Assembly: GCF_004296515.1 (NCBI RefSeq)
Contig: NZ_AP018160.1
Coordinates: 90,001-122,000, forward strand
Source: Candidatus Saccharimonadota bacterium
GTDB taxonomy: Bacteria; Pseudomonadota; Gammaproteobacteria; Enterobacterales; Enterobacteriaceae
Length of the DNA: 32,000 nucleotides
Reading direction: 5' to 3'
Shown here: piece after piece, positions 1 to 10,624 of the stretch
Layout of the letters: the number at the start of each line of letters is the position of its first letter
How positions within the stretch are numbered: position 1 is the stretch's first letter
Notes under the pieces: generated by a model
Seen by the model: the letters and a program-made list of their open reading frames with translations, nothing else
The model's database searches: none
What the model was told of the DNA's origin: nothing
Program-made: the position numbers and the translations under genes

Positions 1-113
1 ATGGTATAGTAGAAAGTATTGATTATATTAAAAATAGATTAATTGTTTCTATACTTATATTCGGTAGACCTACTCCTGTTGAATTAAATTTTAATCAAGT
101 AGAAATAAATTAA
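1..113 (+). CDS. nusG: Transcription termination/antitermination factor NusG, 3' fragment (5' end outside window)
   Basis: Frame 3 reads [36 protein letters not shown], then TAA at 111-113. This parallels the C-terminal KOW region of E. coli NusG ([31 protein letters not shown], from memory). It sits in the canonical position upstream of rplK. Confidence 0.85.
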   Translation, partial: GIVESIDYIKNRLIVSILIFGRPTPVELNFNQVEIN

Positions 114-135
114 TTTAATAAAAATAAAATATAAA

Positions 136-567
136 ATGAAAAATAAAATAGACTTTTATATAAAATTTCAAATTCCTTCTCAAGAAGCTAGTCCAAATCC
201 TTCTATAGGATCTGTATTAGGTCAAAGAGGTATAAATATTATTGAATTTTGTAAAGATTTTAATGATAAAACTAAAAACATTGAAAAAGGATTATTAATT
301 TCTGTTATAGTAAATATTTATTCAGATAAAACTTTTTTATTATCTATAAAATCTCCTGTTACATCTTTTTTATTAAAAAAAGAATTAAATATTAATTTAG
401 GATCTAAAAATCCAGGTAAAGATTTTATAGGGTCTATAAGTATGGATAAAATAAATAATATATCTAATTTAAAATTTAAATATATGAATGGATATGATAT
501 TGATTCTATAAATAAATCTATAATAGGAACCGCTAAATCTATGGGTATAAAAATAATAAATGATTAA
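136..567 (+). CDS. rplK: 50S ribosomal protein L11
   Basis: 143 aa. PSIGSVLGQRGINIIEFCKDFN and GTAKSMGIKI match the E. coli L11 blocks [22 protein letters not shown] and GTARSMGLVV. Length is equivalent. Confidence 0.95.
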   Translation: MKNKIDFYIKFQIPSQEASPNPSIGSVLGQRGINIIEFCKDFNDKTKNIEKGLLISVIVNIYSDKTFLLSIKSPVTSFLLKKELNINLGSKNPGKDFIGSISMDKINNISNLKFKYMNGYDIDSINKSIIGTAKSMGIKIIND

Positions 568-654
568 TATTATTAAAATTTAATTAAATATTACAAATAT
601 ATTAATTAAACAAATTATAATATATAAATAAATAAAATAATTTAATTAAATATA

Positions 655-1167
655 ATGAAAATAAAAAATATTGAATATAAAAAAAATATAGTATTAAATC
701 TAAATGAATTATTAAAACATAAAATTTTATCTTTGATATTAATTAATCCTACTTATTTAAGTTTTAATGACTTAATATATATTAGAAAAAATGTTATTAG
801 TAAAAAATTAAATTTATTTATGATAAAAAATTCTTTACTTAAAAAATCAATAGTAAATACTAAATTTAATTTTATAGAAAAATATGCTAATGGACCAAAT
901 ATGATTTTATATTTTTATGAATATAATATAATTGATTATGTAAAAAAAATAATTTCTTTTTTTAAAAATAAAAATTTAAATAATATAAAATTAATATTTG
1001 TTGAAAATAGAATTTTTGTTGAATCTAAAATAGATTATTTACATAATTTAATATCATTTGAAAATTCTATAAAAAAAATTATATTTATTTTAAATAAAAT
1101 ATCTATAATTAACTTATTAAAAATTTTTAATTTTATAAAAAAAATAAAACATGAAGAGGAAATTTAA
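655..1167 (+). CDS. rplJ: 50S ribosomal protein L10
   Basis: 170 aa and diverged. IRKNVISKKLNLFMIKNSLLKKSI and GPNMILY align with E. coli L10 [24 protein letters not shown] and GPTLIAY. It lies immediately upstream of rplL. Confidence 0.85.
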   Translation: MKIKNIEYKKNIVLNLNELLKHKILSLILINPTYLSFNDLIYIRKNVISKKLNLFMIKNSLLKKSIVNTKFNFIEKYANGPNMILYFYEYNIIDYVKKIISFFKNKNLNNIKLIFVENRIFVESKIDYLHNLISFENSIKKIIFILNKISIINLLKIFNFIKKIKHEEEI

Positions 1168-1533
1168 ATGTCTATAACAAAAGAACAAATAATAGAAGAA
1201 ATTTCAAAAATGTCATTAATTGAAATTAATGAATTTATATCTATGATAGAAACAAAATTTAATATAAAAAATGATTTATATAAAGAAAATCAAGATACTA
1301 ATAATGATAAATTAAAAATTAAAGATGAATTTAATATTATATTAAAATCTATAGGAGAAAATAAAATATCTGTTATAAAAGTTATTAGATCAATATTAAA
1401 TTTAGATTTAAAAGAATCTAAAAAATTAGTTGAATCATGTCCTGTTACTTTAAAAGAAAAATTAAAGGAATCTGAAATAAATAATATTAAAGAACTATTA
1501 GAAAACGCCGGAGCGACTATAGAAATACAATAA
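1168..1533 (+). CDS. rplL: 50S ribosomal protein L7/L12
   Basis: 121 aa. The N-terminus SITKEQIIEEISKMSLIEINEFISMIE and C-terminal domain KISVIKVIRSILNLDLKESKKLVES...LENAGATIEIQ match L7/L12. The ATG abuts the rplJ stop, and GAGGA (1156-1160) lies 7 nt upstream. Confidence 0.95.
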   Translation: MSITKEQIIEEISKMSLIEINEFISMIETKFNIKNDLYKENQDTNNDKLKIKDEFNIILKSIGENKISVIKVIRSILNLDLKESKKLVESCPVTLKEKLKESEINNIKELLENAGATIEIQ

Positions 1534-1578
1534 TTTATATTATTAAGTTAACTTATTTATTTAATAGAGGAAAAATTA

Positions 1579-4500
1579 ATGTCTAATTTAAATAATAGAA
1601 TAAGAAAAGATTTTAGTAAATTTAATAATATATTAAATATTCCTAATTTACTTTCTATACAAAGAGAATCTTATGATAAATTTATAGGTATAAATAATAA
1701 ATTAGATTCTGGTATTAGTAATATTTTTAATTTTATATTTCCAATAAGTAGTTATGATAATAATACTGTATTAAAATATAATGATTTTTATATAGAAAAT
1801 TCAATATATGATATACAAGAATGTATAAATAGAAATATAACATATTCTTTTTCTTTAAAATCTAAATTAAGTTTATTTATAAATAATTCCTTGATTAAAG
1901 AACAAGATACATATATATCTTATATTCCTATAATGACTGAAAATTGTTCATTTATAATAAATGGTATAGAAAAAGTTATAGTTTCTCAATTACATAGAAG
2001 TCCTGGTGTTTTTTTTGATATAGATAAAGAAAAAAGTAATATTTATAATAAAAATATATATAATGCAAAAATAATACCATATAGAGGATCTTGGATAGAT
2101 TTTGAATTTGATTATAAAGATAATTTATTTATGAGAATAGATAAAAAGAAAAAATTTCCTGTAACACTTATATTACATGCATTTGAATGTTCTAATGAAG
2201 AAATATTAAATTTTTTTTTTGAAAAAACAATTTTAGACATTAATAATAATTGTATTTCTATTAATATAGATTTTAATGTAATATTAAATTCTATTATAGA
2301 TTTTGACATATATAAAGATAATATTTTATATATAAAAAATGGAAAAAATATATCTAATAATGATATAGAATTATTAATTAAAAATAATATATATAAAACA
2401 GATGTTGATTTTAATTATATATTTGGAAAAATATTATATAAAAATTATTATAATGAACATGATGAATTATTATTAAGTAGTAATACACTAATAGATAAAA
2501 ATGTTATAGAAATTATAAAAAAAAATAATATAAAAAATATAGAAATTTTATATGATAAATATGATAATATTTGTATATCTAATACTATTAGAATAGATAG
2601 TACTTATGATTATAATAGTTCTGTTATAGAGTTATTTAAAATATTAAAATCTGGAGAATCATCTAATATAGAATCGGCAAAATCTTTATTTAAATCTATA
2701 TTTTTTTCAAATAGTAAATATGATTTATCTAATATAGGAAGAATGAAACTAAATAAATCTTTATTAAATAATAATGATAATAATAATTTATATATAACAA
2801 AATACGATATTATAAATATATTAAAAAAATTAATAAATATAAAAAATAATAAAGATTGTATAGATGATATAGATAGTTTAGGAAATAGAAGAGTAAAATT
2901 AGTAGGAGAAATGATAGAAAATCAATTTAAATTAGGTTTAATAAAAGTAAGAAAATCTATAAAAGAAAAATTATCATTAGAAAATATAAAAAGTTTAAAT
3001 TTTCAAGATATTATAAATTCTAAACAAATAACATCAGTAATAAAAGAATTTTTTAATTTAAATCAACTATCACAATTTATGGATCAAAACAATCCATTAT
3101 CTGAAATAACTCATAAAAGAAGAATATCAGCTTTAGGACCTGGTGGTTTAACAAGAGAAAGAGCTGGATTTGAAGTAAGAGATGTTCATAATACACATTA
3201 TGGAAGATTATGTCCAATAGAAACTCCAGAAGGACCAAATATAGGATTAATAAACTCTTTATCTATATATTCTAGAGTTAATAAATATGGATTTTTAGAA
3301 ACTCCATATAGAGTTGTTAATAATAATAAAATTACTAATGAAATACATTATTTATCTGCTATAGAAGAATATAACTTTATAATAGCTCAAGCATTAACAA
3401 GATTAGATAAAAATAATAATTTTGTAGATGAATTAATAATATGTAGAAATAAAGGTGAATTTAAATTATTTAATAAAAATTTAATAAATTATATTGATAT
3501 ATCACCTAAACAAATAGTTTCTGTTGGATCTTCATTAATTCCATTTTTAGAACATGATGACGCAAATAGAGCATTAATGGGAGCTAATATGCAAAGACAA
3601 GCTGTTCCTACTATAAAACCAGATTCTCCTATAATAGGAACTGGAATGGAAAAAATAGTTGCTCGTGATTCAGGATCTTTAATAATAGCAAAAAGAGGTG
3701 GTAAAATAATATATTTAGATTATTCTATAATAATAATAGAAGTTAATGATTCTGAAATTATTGATGAAAAATCTAATATTGATATATATAATTTAAAAAA
3801 ATTTATAAAATCAAATCAAAATACTTGTATAAATAATACTGTAATTGTTTCTTTAAATGATATTGTTAATAAAAATGATGTTTTAGCTGATGGATCTTCT
3901 ACTAGTTTAGGAGAATTAGCTTTAGGTCAAAATGTTAGAGTAGCTTTTATGTCTTATAATGGATATAATTTTGAAGATTCTATACTTATATCTGAAAAAT
4001 TAGTTTATGATAATAAATTTAGTAGTATACATATTCAAGAATTAATTTGTATATCTAGAGATACAAAATTAGGACCAGAAGAAATAACTTCAGATATACC
4101 AAATGTTAATGATTTATCTTTATCAAAACTTGATGAATCTGGAATTGTTTATATAGGAGCTAATATTTCTGAAGGTGATATTTTAGTTGGTAAAATTACT
4201 CCAAAAGAAGAAACTCAATTAACTCCAGAAGAAAAATTATTAAAAGCTATCTTTGGAGAAAAATCTTCTAATGTTAAAGATTCATCATTAAGAGTTCCAA
4301 ATGGAATGTTTGGTACAGTAATAGATGTTCAAATATTCAATAGAGAAGGAATTAAAAAAGATAAAAGATCTATCAGTATAGAACATACTAAAATTAAAAA
4401 TAAAGAAAAAGATTTATTAGAAGAAAAAAATATTATAAAATTAGGAATAATAAATAAAATAAATCATTTAATAGAGTATTTAAATATAAATTTAGATAAA

Positions 4501-5565
4501 ATATCTATAAATAATATACAAATTAATATTGATAATATAGATGAAAATTTAAGTACTAATCATAATATTTTATATAATTTAATTAAAAAATTTAATTCTT
4601 TAGAAAAAGAATATAATGATAAATTAGATTTATTCTGTTTAAAAATTAATAAAAAAACTGAATTATCTCCTGGTATTATAAAAATAGTTAAAATATATAT
4701 AGCTATAAAAAGACATATACAAGTTGGAGATAAAATGTCTGGTAGACATGGAAATAAAGGTGTTGTATCTAAAATAAATCCTATAGAAGATATGCCATAT
4801 GATTCTGATGGAAATATAGTAGATATAGTACTTAATCCTTTAGGTGTTCCTTCAAGAATGAATATAGGTCAAATTTTAGAAGCACATTTAGGGTTAGCTG
4901 CTAAAAAAATAGGAGAAAATATAGATAAACTTTTAAAATTAGAAAATAATTTTTTAAAATTAAAAGAGTATATTAAATCTGTTTATTCTATAGGAAACGA
5001 TATTAATCAAAAAATTAATTTTGATAATTATTCTTATAATGAATTTTTAAATTTTGCTAAAAGTATTACTTCTGGAATATATATATCTACTCCAGTATTT
5101 GATGGTGCTAATCAAAATGAAATAAAAAATATGTTAGAAATATCTAATATTTCTAAATCTGGACAATTAGTATTATTTAATGGATGTAACGGTGAAAAAT
5201 TTGATCGTAAAATAACTGTTGGTTATATTTATATGATGAAGTTAAATCATTTAGTTGATGATAAAATGCATGCTAGATCTACTGGTTCATATAGTTTAAT
5301 AACTCAACAACCATTAGGAGGAAAATCTCAGTTTGGAGGTCAAAGATTTGGAGAAATGGAAGTTTGGGCATTAGAAGCTTATGGTGCTGCATATACATTA
5401 CAAGAAATGTTAACTGTTAAATCTGATGATGTTAATGGACGTATAAATATGTATAAAAATATAATAAATAATAATTATAATATAAAATTCAACATACCTG
5501 AATCATTTAATGTTCTTTTTAAAGAAATAAGATCATTAGGAATTAATATTGAATTATGTGAATAA
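1579..5565 (+). CDS. rpoB: DNA-directed RNA polymerase beta subunit
   Basis: 1328 aa. Blocks nearly identical to E. coli beta include QLSQFMDQNNPLSEITHKRRISALGPGGLTRERAGFEVRDVH, NMQRQAVP, GDKMSGRHGNKGVVS and FGGQRFGEMEVWALEAYGAAYTLQEMLTVKSDD. AGAGG (1566-1570) lies 8 nt upstream of the ATG. Confidence 0.98.
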   Translation: MSNLNNRIRKDFSKFNNILNIPNLLSIQRESYDKFIGINNKLDSGISNIFNFIFPISSYDNNTVLKYNDFYIENSIYDIQECINRNITYSFSLKSKLSLFINNSLIKEQDTYISYIPIMTENCSFIINGIEKVIVSQLHRSPGVFFDIDKEKSNIYNKNIYNAKIIPYRGSWIDFEFDYKDNLFMRIDKKKKFPVTLILHAFECSNEEILNFFFEKTILDINNNCISINIDFNVILNSIIDFDIYKDNILYIKNGKNISNNDIELLIKNNIYKTDVDFNYIFGKILYKNYYNEHDELLLSSNTLIDKNVIEIIKKNNIKNIEILYDKYDNICISNTIRIDSTYDYNSSVIELFKILKSGESSNIESAKSLFKSIFFSNSKYDLSNIGRMKLNKSLLNNNDNNNLYITKYDIINILKKLINIKNNKDCIDDIDSLGNRRVKLVGEMIENQFKLGLIKVRKSIKEKLSLENIKSLNFQDIINSKQITSVIKEFFNLNQLSQFMDQNNPLSEITHKRRISALGPGGLTRERAGFEVRDVHNTHYGRLCPIETPEGPNIGLINSLSIYSRVNKYGFLETPYRVVNNNKITNEIHYLSAIEEYNFIIAQALTRLDKNNNFVDELIICRNKGEFKLFNKNLINYIDISPKQIVSVGSSLIPFLEHDDANRALMGANMQRQAVPTIKPDSPIIGTGMEKIVARDSGSLIIAKRGGKIIYLDYSIIIIEVNDSEIIDEKSNIDIYNLKKFIKSNQNTCINNTVIVSLNDIVNKNDVLADGSSTSLGELALGQNVRVAFMSYNGYNFEDSILISEKLVYDNKFSSIHIQELICISRDTKLGPEEITSDIPNVNDLSLSKLDESGIVYIGANISEGDILVGKITPKEETQLTPEEKLLKAIFGEKSSNVKDSSLRVPNGMFGTVIDVQIFNREGIKKDKRSISIEHTKIKNKEKDLLEEKNIIKLGIINKINHLIEYLNINLDKISINNIQINIDNIDENLSTNHNILYNLIKKFNSLEKEYNDKLDLFCLKINKKTELSPGIIKIVKIYIAIKRHIQVGDKMSGRHGNKGVVSKINPIEDMPYDSDGNIVDIVLNPLGVPSRMNIGQILEAHLGLAAKKIGENIDKLLKLENNFLKLKEYIKSVYSIGNDINQKINFDNYSYNEFLNFAKSITSGIYISTPVFDGANQNEIKNMLEISNISKSGQLVLFNGCNGEKFDRKITVGYIYMMKLNHLVDDKMHARSTGSYSLITQQPLGGKSQFGGQRFGEMEVWALEAYGAAYTLQEMLTVKSDDVNGRINMYKNIINNNYNIKFNIPESFNVLFKEIRSLGINIELCE

Positions 5566-5596
5566 ATATAACTATAATTTTATATAGGAATTTTTT

Positions 5597-8500
5597 ATGA
5601 ATAAAAAAAATAATTTATCTGAAAATGAAAAATTTCTAGAAAATTTTAATTCTATTAAAATTTCATTAGCTTCTCCCGAAATAATTAAATCTTGGTCATA
5701 TGGTGAAGTAAAAAAACCAGAAACTATTAATTACAGAACATTTAAACCAGAAAGAGATGGATTATTTTGTGCAAAAATATTTGGCCCTATAAAAGATTAT
5801 GAATGTATATGTGGTAAATATAGAAGAATAAAATTTAAAGGAATAGTATGTGAAAAATGTGGTGTTGAAATAACTAAATCTAAAGTTAGAAGAAATAGAA
5901 TGGGACATATAGAATTATCTTCTCCAGTAGTTCATATATGGTTTTTAAAATCTTTACCATCTAAAATAGGACTATTATTAAATATAAGTTTAAAAGATAT
6001 AGAAAAAGTATTATATTTTGAATCTTATATAGTTATTGATAATACTTCTACATCATTAAAATTGAATCAAATAATAAGTGAAGATCAATATATTGAATAT
6101 ATAGAAAAATATGGAGATTCTTTTAAAGTTAAAATAGGAGCTGAAGCTATTCAATATTTATTAAAAAATTTTGATTTAAATAAAAATTATAAATTATTAA
6201 TTGAAGAATTAAAAAATTCTAATTCAAATATAAAACAAAATAAAATATTTAAAAGATTAAAATTAATAGAATCATTTATTAATTCTAAAAATAAACCAGA
6301 ATGGATGATAATGACAGTTATTCCTGTATTACCTCCTGATTTAAGACCACTAGTTCCATTAGATGGAGGTCGTTTTGCAACATCTGATTTAAATGATTTA
6401 TATAGAAGAGTTATAAATAGAAATAATAGATTGAAAAGATTAATTAGTATAGATGCTCCAGATATAATAATTAAAAATGAAAAAAGAATGTTACAAGAAT
6501 CTGTAGATGCATTATTTGATAATGGAAAAAAAAATAAAATGATAACAACTGGTATTAATAAAAGACCATTAAAATCTTTATCTGATATGATAAAAGGTAA
6601 ACAAGGAAGATTTAGACAAAATTTATTAGGTAAAAGGGTAGATTATTCTGGTAGATCTGTTATAACAGTTGGTCCTTATTTAAAAATAGATCAATGCGGA
6701 CTTCCTAAAAAAATGGCTTTAGAATTATTTAAACCATTCATATATGGAAAATTAAACTTAAATAATTCATTTACTATTAAAACAGCAAAAAAAATGGTTG
6801 ATAATGAAGATCCTTTAGTATTAGATATACTATCTGAAATAATAAAAGATCATCCTATTCTTTTAAATAGAGCTCCTACTTTACATAGATTAGGTATTCA
6901 ATCTTTTAAACCTATTTTAATAGAAGGTAAATCAATACAATTACATCCATTAGTTTGTGCTGCATATAATGCAGATTTTGATGGTGATCAAATGGCTATA
7001 CATATACCTTTAACTTTAGAATCAAAAAATGAAGCTAAATTTATAATGATGTCTACTAATAATATATTATCTCCTGCTAATGGAGATCCTGTTATAGTTC
7101 CTTCTCAAGATATAATATTAGGATTATATTATATGACTATAAGTTATAATGATGAAGAAGAAAATAATTTTATATTTTCTTCTGTAGAAGAAGTAGAAAA
7201 AGCTTATTCTTTAAATTTTGTAAAATTGCATTCTAAAGTAAAAGTAAGAATAACTGAAAATAGAATAAAAAATAATAAGTATTTTTATAAAACATTTATT
7301 GTAAATACTACTGTTGGAAGATCTATATTATGGACAATTTTTCCTAAAGAATTAAGTTTTTCTTTAATTAATAAAAATTTAAATAAAAAAAATATATTAG
7401 ATATTATAAATATAAGTTATATAAAATTAGGAATAAAAAAAACTATAGAATTTATAGATAAAATAATGCGTATTGGATTTGATTATTCTACTAAATCTGG
7501 TATTTCTGTAGGAATAGATGATTTAATAATACCTAATAATAAATATAAAATAATTAAAAATTCTGAATTAGAAGTATTAGATATACAAAAACAATATGAA
7601 TCTGGATTAATAACTCAAGAAGAAAAATATAATAAAGTAATAGATATATGGTCAAAAGCAAGCGATAATATTACTAATTCTATGATGAAATCACTATCTA
7701 ATATTAGTATAGATTCAAATAATAATAAACATATAAATAGTATATTTATAATGTATGATTCTGGTGCTAGAGGATCTTCTATGCAAATACGTCAATTATC
7801 AGGTATGAGAGGATTAATGATAAAACCAGATGGATCTATAATAGAAACTCCTATAAAAGCAAATTTTAAAGAAGGATTAAATGTAATTGAATACTTTATT
7901 TCTACACATGGAGCTAGAAAAGGATTAGCTGATACAGCTCTTAAAACAGCTAACTCAGGTTATTTAACTAGAAGATTAGTTGATGTATCTCAAGATTTAG
8001 TTGTAACAGAATATGATTGTAATTCAAATGATGGAATATATATTTATTTAAAAATGGAAGATAATGAATATAATATAGAATCTTTAAAAGAAAAAATTTT
8101 AGGAAGAACAATATCTGAAAATATAGTTTCTAAAAAAAATAAAATAATAATAAAAAGTAATTCATTAATAAATGAAAAAAATTTTTCCATTTTAGAAAAA
8201 AATTTAATTGATAAAATAAAAATAAGATCTGTTATAACATGTGAAACTATTTATGGAGTATGTTCTAAATGTTATGGTTTTGATTTATCAAAAGGTAAAT
8301 TAATAAATATAGGTGAAGCTGTAGGAATTATAGCTGCGCAATCTATAGGAGAACCTGGAACTCAATTAACAATGAGAACATTTCATATAGGTGGAGCAGC
8401 GTCATCTAAATATTCACCAAGATCTAGTATAAAATCTAAAAATAATGGTATTCTTGATTTAAGTGGTAGTAAATTTGTAATTAATAGTGATAATAAAATA

Positions 8501-9670
8501 TTAATAATATCAAATAATTCTGAAGTAAAAATATTAGATAATAATAAAGTTATTAAAGAAATATATAAAGTTCCATATGGTTCTTTAATACATATTAATG
8601 ATGGTTTTTGTGTTAAAAGTAATGAATTAATAGCTACTTGGGATCCTTATATATTACCTATAATAACAGAAATAAATGGATCATTAGAATTTATAAATGT
8701 AATAGAAAATATTACTATGTCATATCAATTAGATGAAATAACTGGATTATATTATATTTCAATATTAGATATTTCTGAAAGACCTAATTCTGGAAAAAAT
8801 ATTATTCCAATAATAAAAGTAGTTGGAGATAATGTAAGTAATAAATATTTTTTACCAGAAAAATCAATTATACAACTAGAAAATAATTCTAAAGTATATT
8901 GTGGTGATATTTTAGCTAAAGTACCGAAAAAAAGTGATTTTATAAAAGATATTACAGGTGGATTGCCTAAAATTTCTGATTTATTTGAGGCAAGAAAACC
9001 AAAAGATCCAGCTATTTTAGCAGAAATGTCAGGAATTATATACATAGATAAAAATTCTAATAAAAATAAAAAAAAAATAATAATAAAATCTATTGATGAT
9101 AAAAATAAATATTGTGAAATAAGTATATCAAAACATAAACAATTGAATGTATTTGATGGTGAATTAGTAAACAAAGGAGACATAATATTAAATGGTCAAG
9201 TATCATTATATGATATTCTTAAATTAAAAGGTATAAATGAAATTACAACACATATAATAAATGAAGTTCAAAATATATATAAATTACAAGGTGTAAAAAT
9301 AAATAATAAACATATAGAAATTATAATAAAACAAATGTTAAGAAAAGTTTGTATAATAAATCCTGGTGATTCTAATTTTTTATATGGAGATAAAGTTGAT
9401 TTATCTATTGTAAAAAAAATAAATAATAATTTAGAAAAAAATAATAAAAATAAAATAATTTATGAATATAATTTATTAGGAATTACAAAAGCATCTTTAT
9501 TAACAGATTCATTTATATCATCAGCTTCATTTCAAGAAACTACAAAAATATTAACTGATGCTGCTGTTTTAAATAAAATAGATAATCTTAAAGGATTAAA
9601 AGAAAATGTTATAGTTGGTAGATTAATACCAGCAGGTACTGGATTTTTAAAATATAATAAAAATAAATAA
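5597..9670 (+). CDS. rpoC: DNA-directed RNA polymerase beta' subunit
   Basis: 1357 aa. It carries the Zn-binding [24 protein letters not shown], the catalytic [39 protein letters not shown] and the C-terminal [14 protein letters not shown] (5586-5589) lies 7 nt upstream. Confidence 0.98.
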   Translation: MNKKNNLSENEKFLENFNSIKISLASPEIIKSWSYGEVKKPETINYRTFKPERDGLFCAKIFGPIKDYECICGKYRRIKFKGIVCEKCGVEITKSKVRRNRMGHIELSSPVVHIWFLKSLPSKIGLLLNISLKDIEKVLYFESYIVIDNTSTSLKLNQIISEDQYIEYIEKYGDSFKVKIGAEAIQYLLKNFDLNKNYKLLIEELKNSNSNIKQNKIFKRLKLIESFINSKNKPEWMIMTVIPVLPPDLRPLVPLDGGRFATSDLNDLYRRVINRNNRLKRLISIDAPDIIIKNEKRMLQESVDALFDNGKKNKMITTGINKRPLKSLSDMIKGKQGRFRQNLLGKRVDYSGRSVITVGPYLKIDQCGLPKKMALELFKPFIYGKLNLNNSFTIKTAKKMVDNEDPLVLDILSEIIKDHPILLNRAPTLHRLGIQSFKPILIEGKSIQLHPLVCAAYNADFDGDQMAIHIPLTLESKNEAKFIMMSTNNILSPANGDPVIVPSQDIILGLYYMTISYNDEEENNFIFSSVEEVEKAYSLNFVKLHSKVKVRITENRIKNNKYFYKTFIVNTTVGRSILWTIFPKELSFSLINKNLNKKNILDIINISYIKLGIKKTIEFIDKIMRIGFDYSTKSGISVGIDDLIIPNNKYKIIKNSELEVLDIQKQYESGLITQEEKYNKVIDIWSKASDNITNSMMKSLSNISIDSNNNKHINSIFIMYDSGARGSSMQIRQLSGMRGLMIKPDGSIIETPIKANFKEGLNVIEYFISTHGARKGLADTALKTANSGYLTRRLVDVSQDLVVTEYDCNSNDGIYIYLKMEDNEYNIESLKEKILGRTISENIVSKKNKIIIKSNSLINEKNFSILEKNLIDKIKIRSVITCETIYGVCSKCYGFDLSKGKLINIGEAVGIIAAQSIGEPGTQLTMRTFHIGGAASSKYSPRSSIKSKNNGILDLSGSKFVINSDNKILIISNNSEVKILDNNKVIKEIYKVPYGSLIHINDGFCVKSNELIATWDPYILPIITEINGSLEFINVIENITMSYQLDEITGLYYISILDISERPNSGKNIIPIIKVVGDNVSNKYFLPEKSIIQLENNSKVYCGDILAKVPKKSDFIKDITGGLPKISDLFEARKPKDPAILAEMSGIIYIDKNSNKNKKKIIIKSIDDKNKYCEISISKHKQLNVFDGELVNKGDIILNGQVSLYDILKLKGINEITTHIINEVQNIYKLQGVKINNKHIEIIIKQMLRKVCIINPGDSNFLYGDKVDLSIVKKINNNLEKNNKNKIIYEYNLLGITKASLLTDSFISSASFQETTKILTDAAVLNKIDNLKGLKENVIVGRLIPAGTGFLKYNKNK

Positions 9671-9681
9671 TAATTTTATAT

Positions 9682-9713
9682 TTTATTTATAAAATATTTA
9701 TTTTATAAATAAA
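9682..9713 (+). terminator. Putative intrinsic terminator or attenuator hairpin after rpoC (A/T-only stem)
   Basis: Perfect 14-bp inverted repeat TTTATTTATAAAAT (9682-9695) / ATTTTATAAATAAA (9700-9713) with a 4-nt loop ATTT, followed by TATTTTAT. It starts 12 nt after the rpoC stop. The stem has no G:C pairs, and such palindromes are fairly likely by chance at this base composition. Confidence 0.25.
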
Positions 9714-9732
9714 TATTTTATAGTATATTATA

Positions 9733-9754
9733 TTAATTATAAATTAATTATAAA
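9733..9754 (+). repeat. Tandem direct repeat, 2 x 11 bp (TTAATTATAAA)
   Basis: 9733-9743 and 9744-9754 are identical. The repeat lies 13 nt upstream of the rpsL ATG in the 96-bp rpoC-rpsL spacer. Confidence 0.6.
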
Positions 9755-9766
9755 TAAAATTATTTT

Positions 9767-10132
9767 ATGGTTACTATAAATCAATTAATTAAAAATAAAA
9801 GAAAATCAAAAATATATAAAAGTAATGTTCCAGCTTTATTAAAATGTCCTCAAAAAAGAGGGGTATGTACAAAAGTATATACAGTAACTCCTAAAAAACC
9901 TAATTCTGCATTAAGAAAAGTTTGTAGAGTTAAATTAACTAATGGTTTTGAAGTTACAGCATATATTGGTGGAGAAGGTCATAATTTACAAGAACATTCT
10001 ATAATTTTAATAGAAGGAGGAAGAGTAAAAGATTTACCTGGAGTTAGATATCATGTAATTAGAGGTACTTTAGATTGTTCAGGTGTTAAAAATAGAAAAA
10101 ATAGTAGATCTAAATATGGAACAAAACGTTAA
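9767..10132 (+). CDS. rpsL: 30S ribosomal protein S12
   Basis: 121 aa. [38 protein letters not shown] and [11 protein letters not shown] are classic S12 blocks. Confidence 0.97.
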   Translation: MVTINQLIKNKRKSKIYKSNVPALLKCPQKRGVCTKVYTVTPKKPNSALRKVCRVKLTNGFEVTAYIGGEGHNLQEHSIILIEGGRVKDLPGVRYHVIRGTLDCSGVKNRKNSRSKYGTKR

Positions 10133-10149
10133 TAAATAATATTATAATT

Positions 10150-10623
10150 ATGTCTCGTAAATCAGTTTTTAATAAAAAAAGTATACTTCCTGATATAAAA
10201 TTTAATTCTATTTTAGTATCTAAATTTATAAATTTAGTAATGATTAGTGGAAAAAAAACATTAGCTGAAAGTATAGTATATTATGCATTAGATGTATTAT
10301 CTAATAATACTAATAAATCTCATTTAGAATCATTAGAAAATGTACTAAATAATGTTAGACCAGTTATAGAAGTTAAATCTAGAAAAATTGGAGGATCTAT
10401 TTATCAAATTCCTATAGAAGTTAAATTAGATAGAGGAAATACTTTAGCAATAAGATGGATAATATCATTTGCAAAAAAAAGAAATGAAAAATTTAATATA
10501 AAAATTAAATTATCAAATGAATTATTAGATGCTTTAAATAATAAAGGATTATCAATAAAAAAAAGAAATGAAATTTATAAAATAGCAAATGCAAATAAAG
10601 CTTTTGCTCATTATAGGTGGTAA
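10150..10623 (+). CDS. rpsG: 30S ribosomal protein S7
   Basis: 157 aa. [23 protein letters not shown] and the C-terminal [10 protein letters not shown] match S7. Position between rpsL and fusA is canonical. Confidence 0.96.
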   Translation: MSRKSVFNKKSILPDIKFNSILVSKFINLVMISGKKTLAESIVYYALDVLSNNTNKSHLESLENVLNNVRPVIEVKSRKIGGSIYQIPIEVKLDRGNTLAIRWIISFAKKRNEKFNIKIKLSNELLDALNNKGLSIKKRNEIYKIANANKAFAHYRW

Positions 10624-10624
10624 A

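Noticed and set aside
616-621. Perfect TATAAT (with TTACAA at 591-596) in the rplK-rplJ spacer as an L10-operon promoter
   Set aside because: TATAAT is expected about once by chance in an 87-bp A/T-only spacer. The -35-like hexamer matches only 3 of 6 and sits at a poor 19-nt spacing. It cannot be distinguished from background.
568-654. Possible rplA pseudogene remnant (and likewise an rpmD remnant at 21024-21068)
   Set aside because: The spacers are far too short (87 and 45 bp). None of the frames I translated resembles L1 or L30. These are treated as clean deletions, not pseudogenes.
1544-1555. 12-bp palindrome TAAGTTAACTTA in the rplL-rpoB spacer, considered as the rplL-rpoB attenuator
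   Set aside because: As RNA it can form only a 4-bp stem with a 4-nt loop, which is too weak, and it is easily produced by chance. The position is suggestive because E. coli has an attenuator here, but the sequence evidence is insufficient.
2112-2309. 65-aa minus-strand ORF inside rpoB
   Set aside because: It is entirely antisense to a strongly supported rpoB segment. It is low-complexity (Ile/Leu/Phe/Ser-rich) with no recognisable family and no start context. This is a frame artefact of biased codon usage.
8752-9183. 143-aa minus-strand ORF inside rpoC
   Set aside because: It is antisense to the conserved rpoC SI3/C-terminal region ([19 protein letters not shown] on the sense strand). The hydrophobic, low-complexity translation has no motifs I recognise. 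Its length is notable for an AT-rich genome but is explained by sense-strand codon bias that avoids in-phase TTA/CTA/TCA in that register.
10589-10624. ORF-track N-terminal extension of fusA ([12 protein letters not shown])
   Set aside because: It overlaps the rpsG 3' end and has no counterpart in EF-G. ATG 10625 gives the canonical N-terminus and is preceded by AGGTGG.
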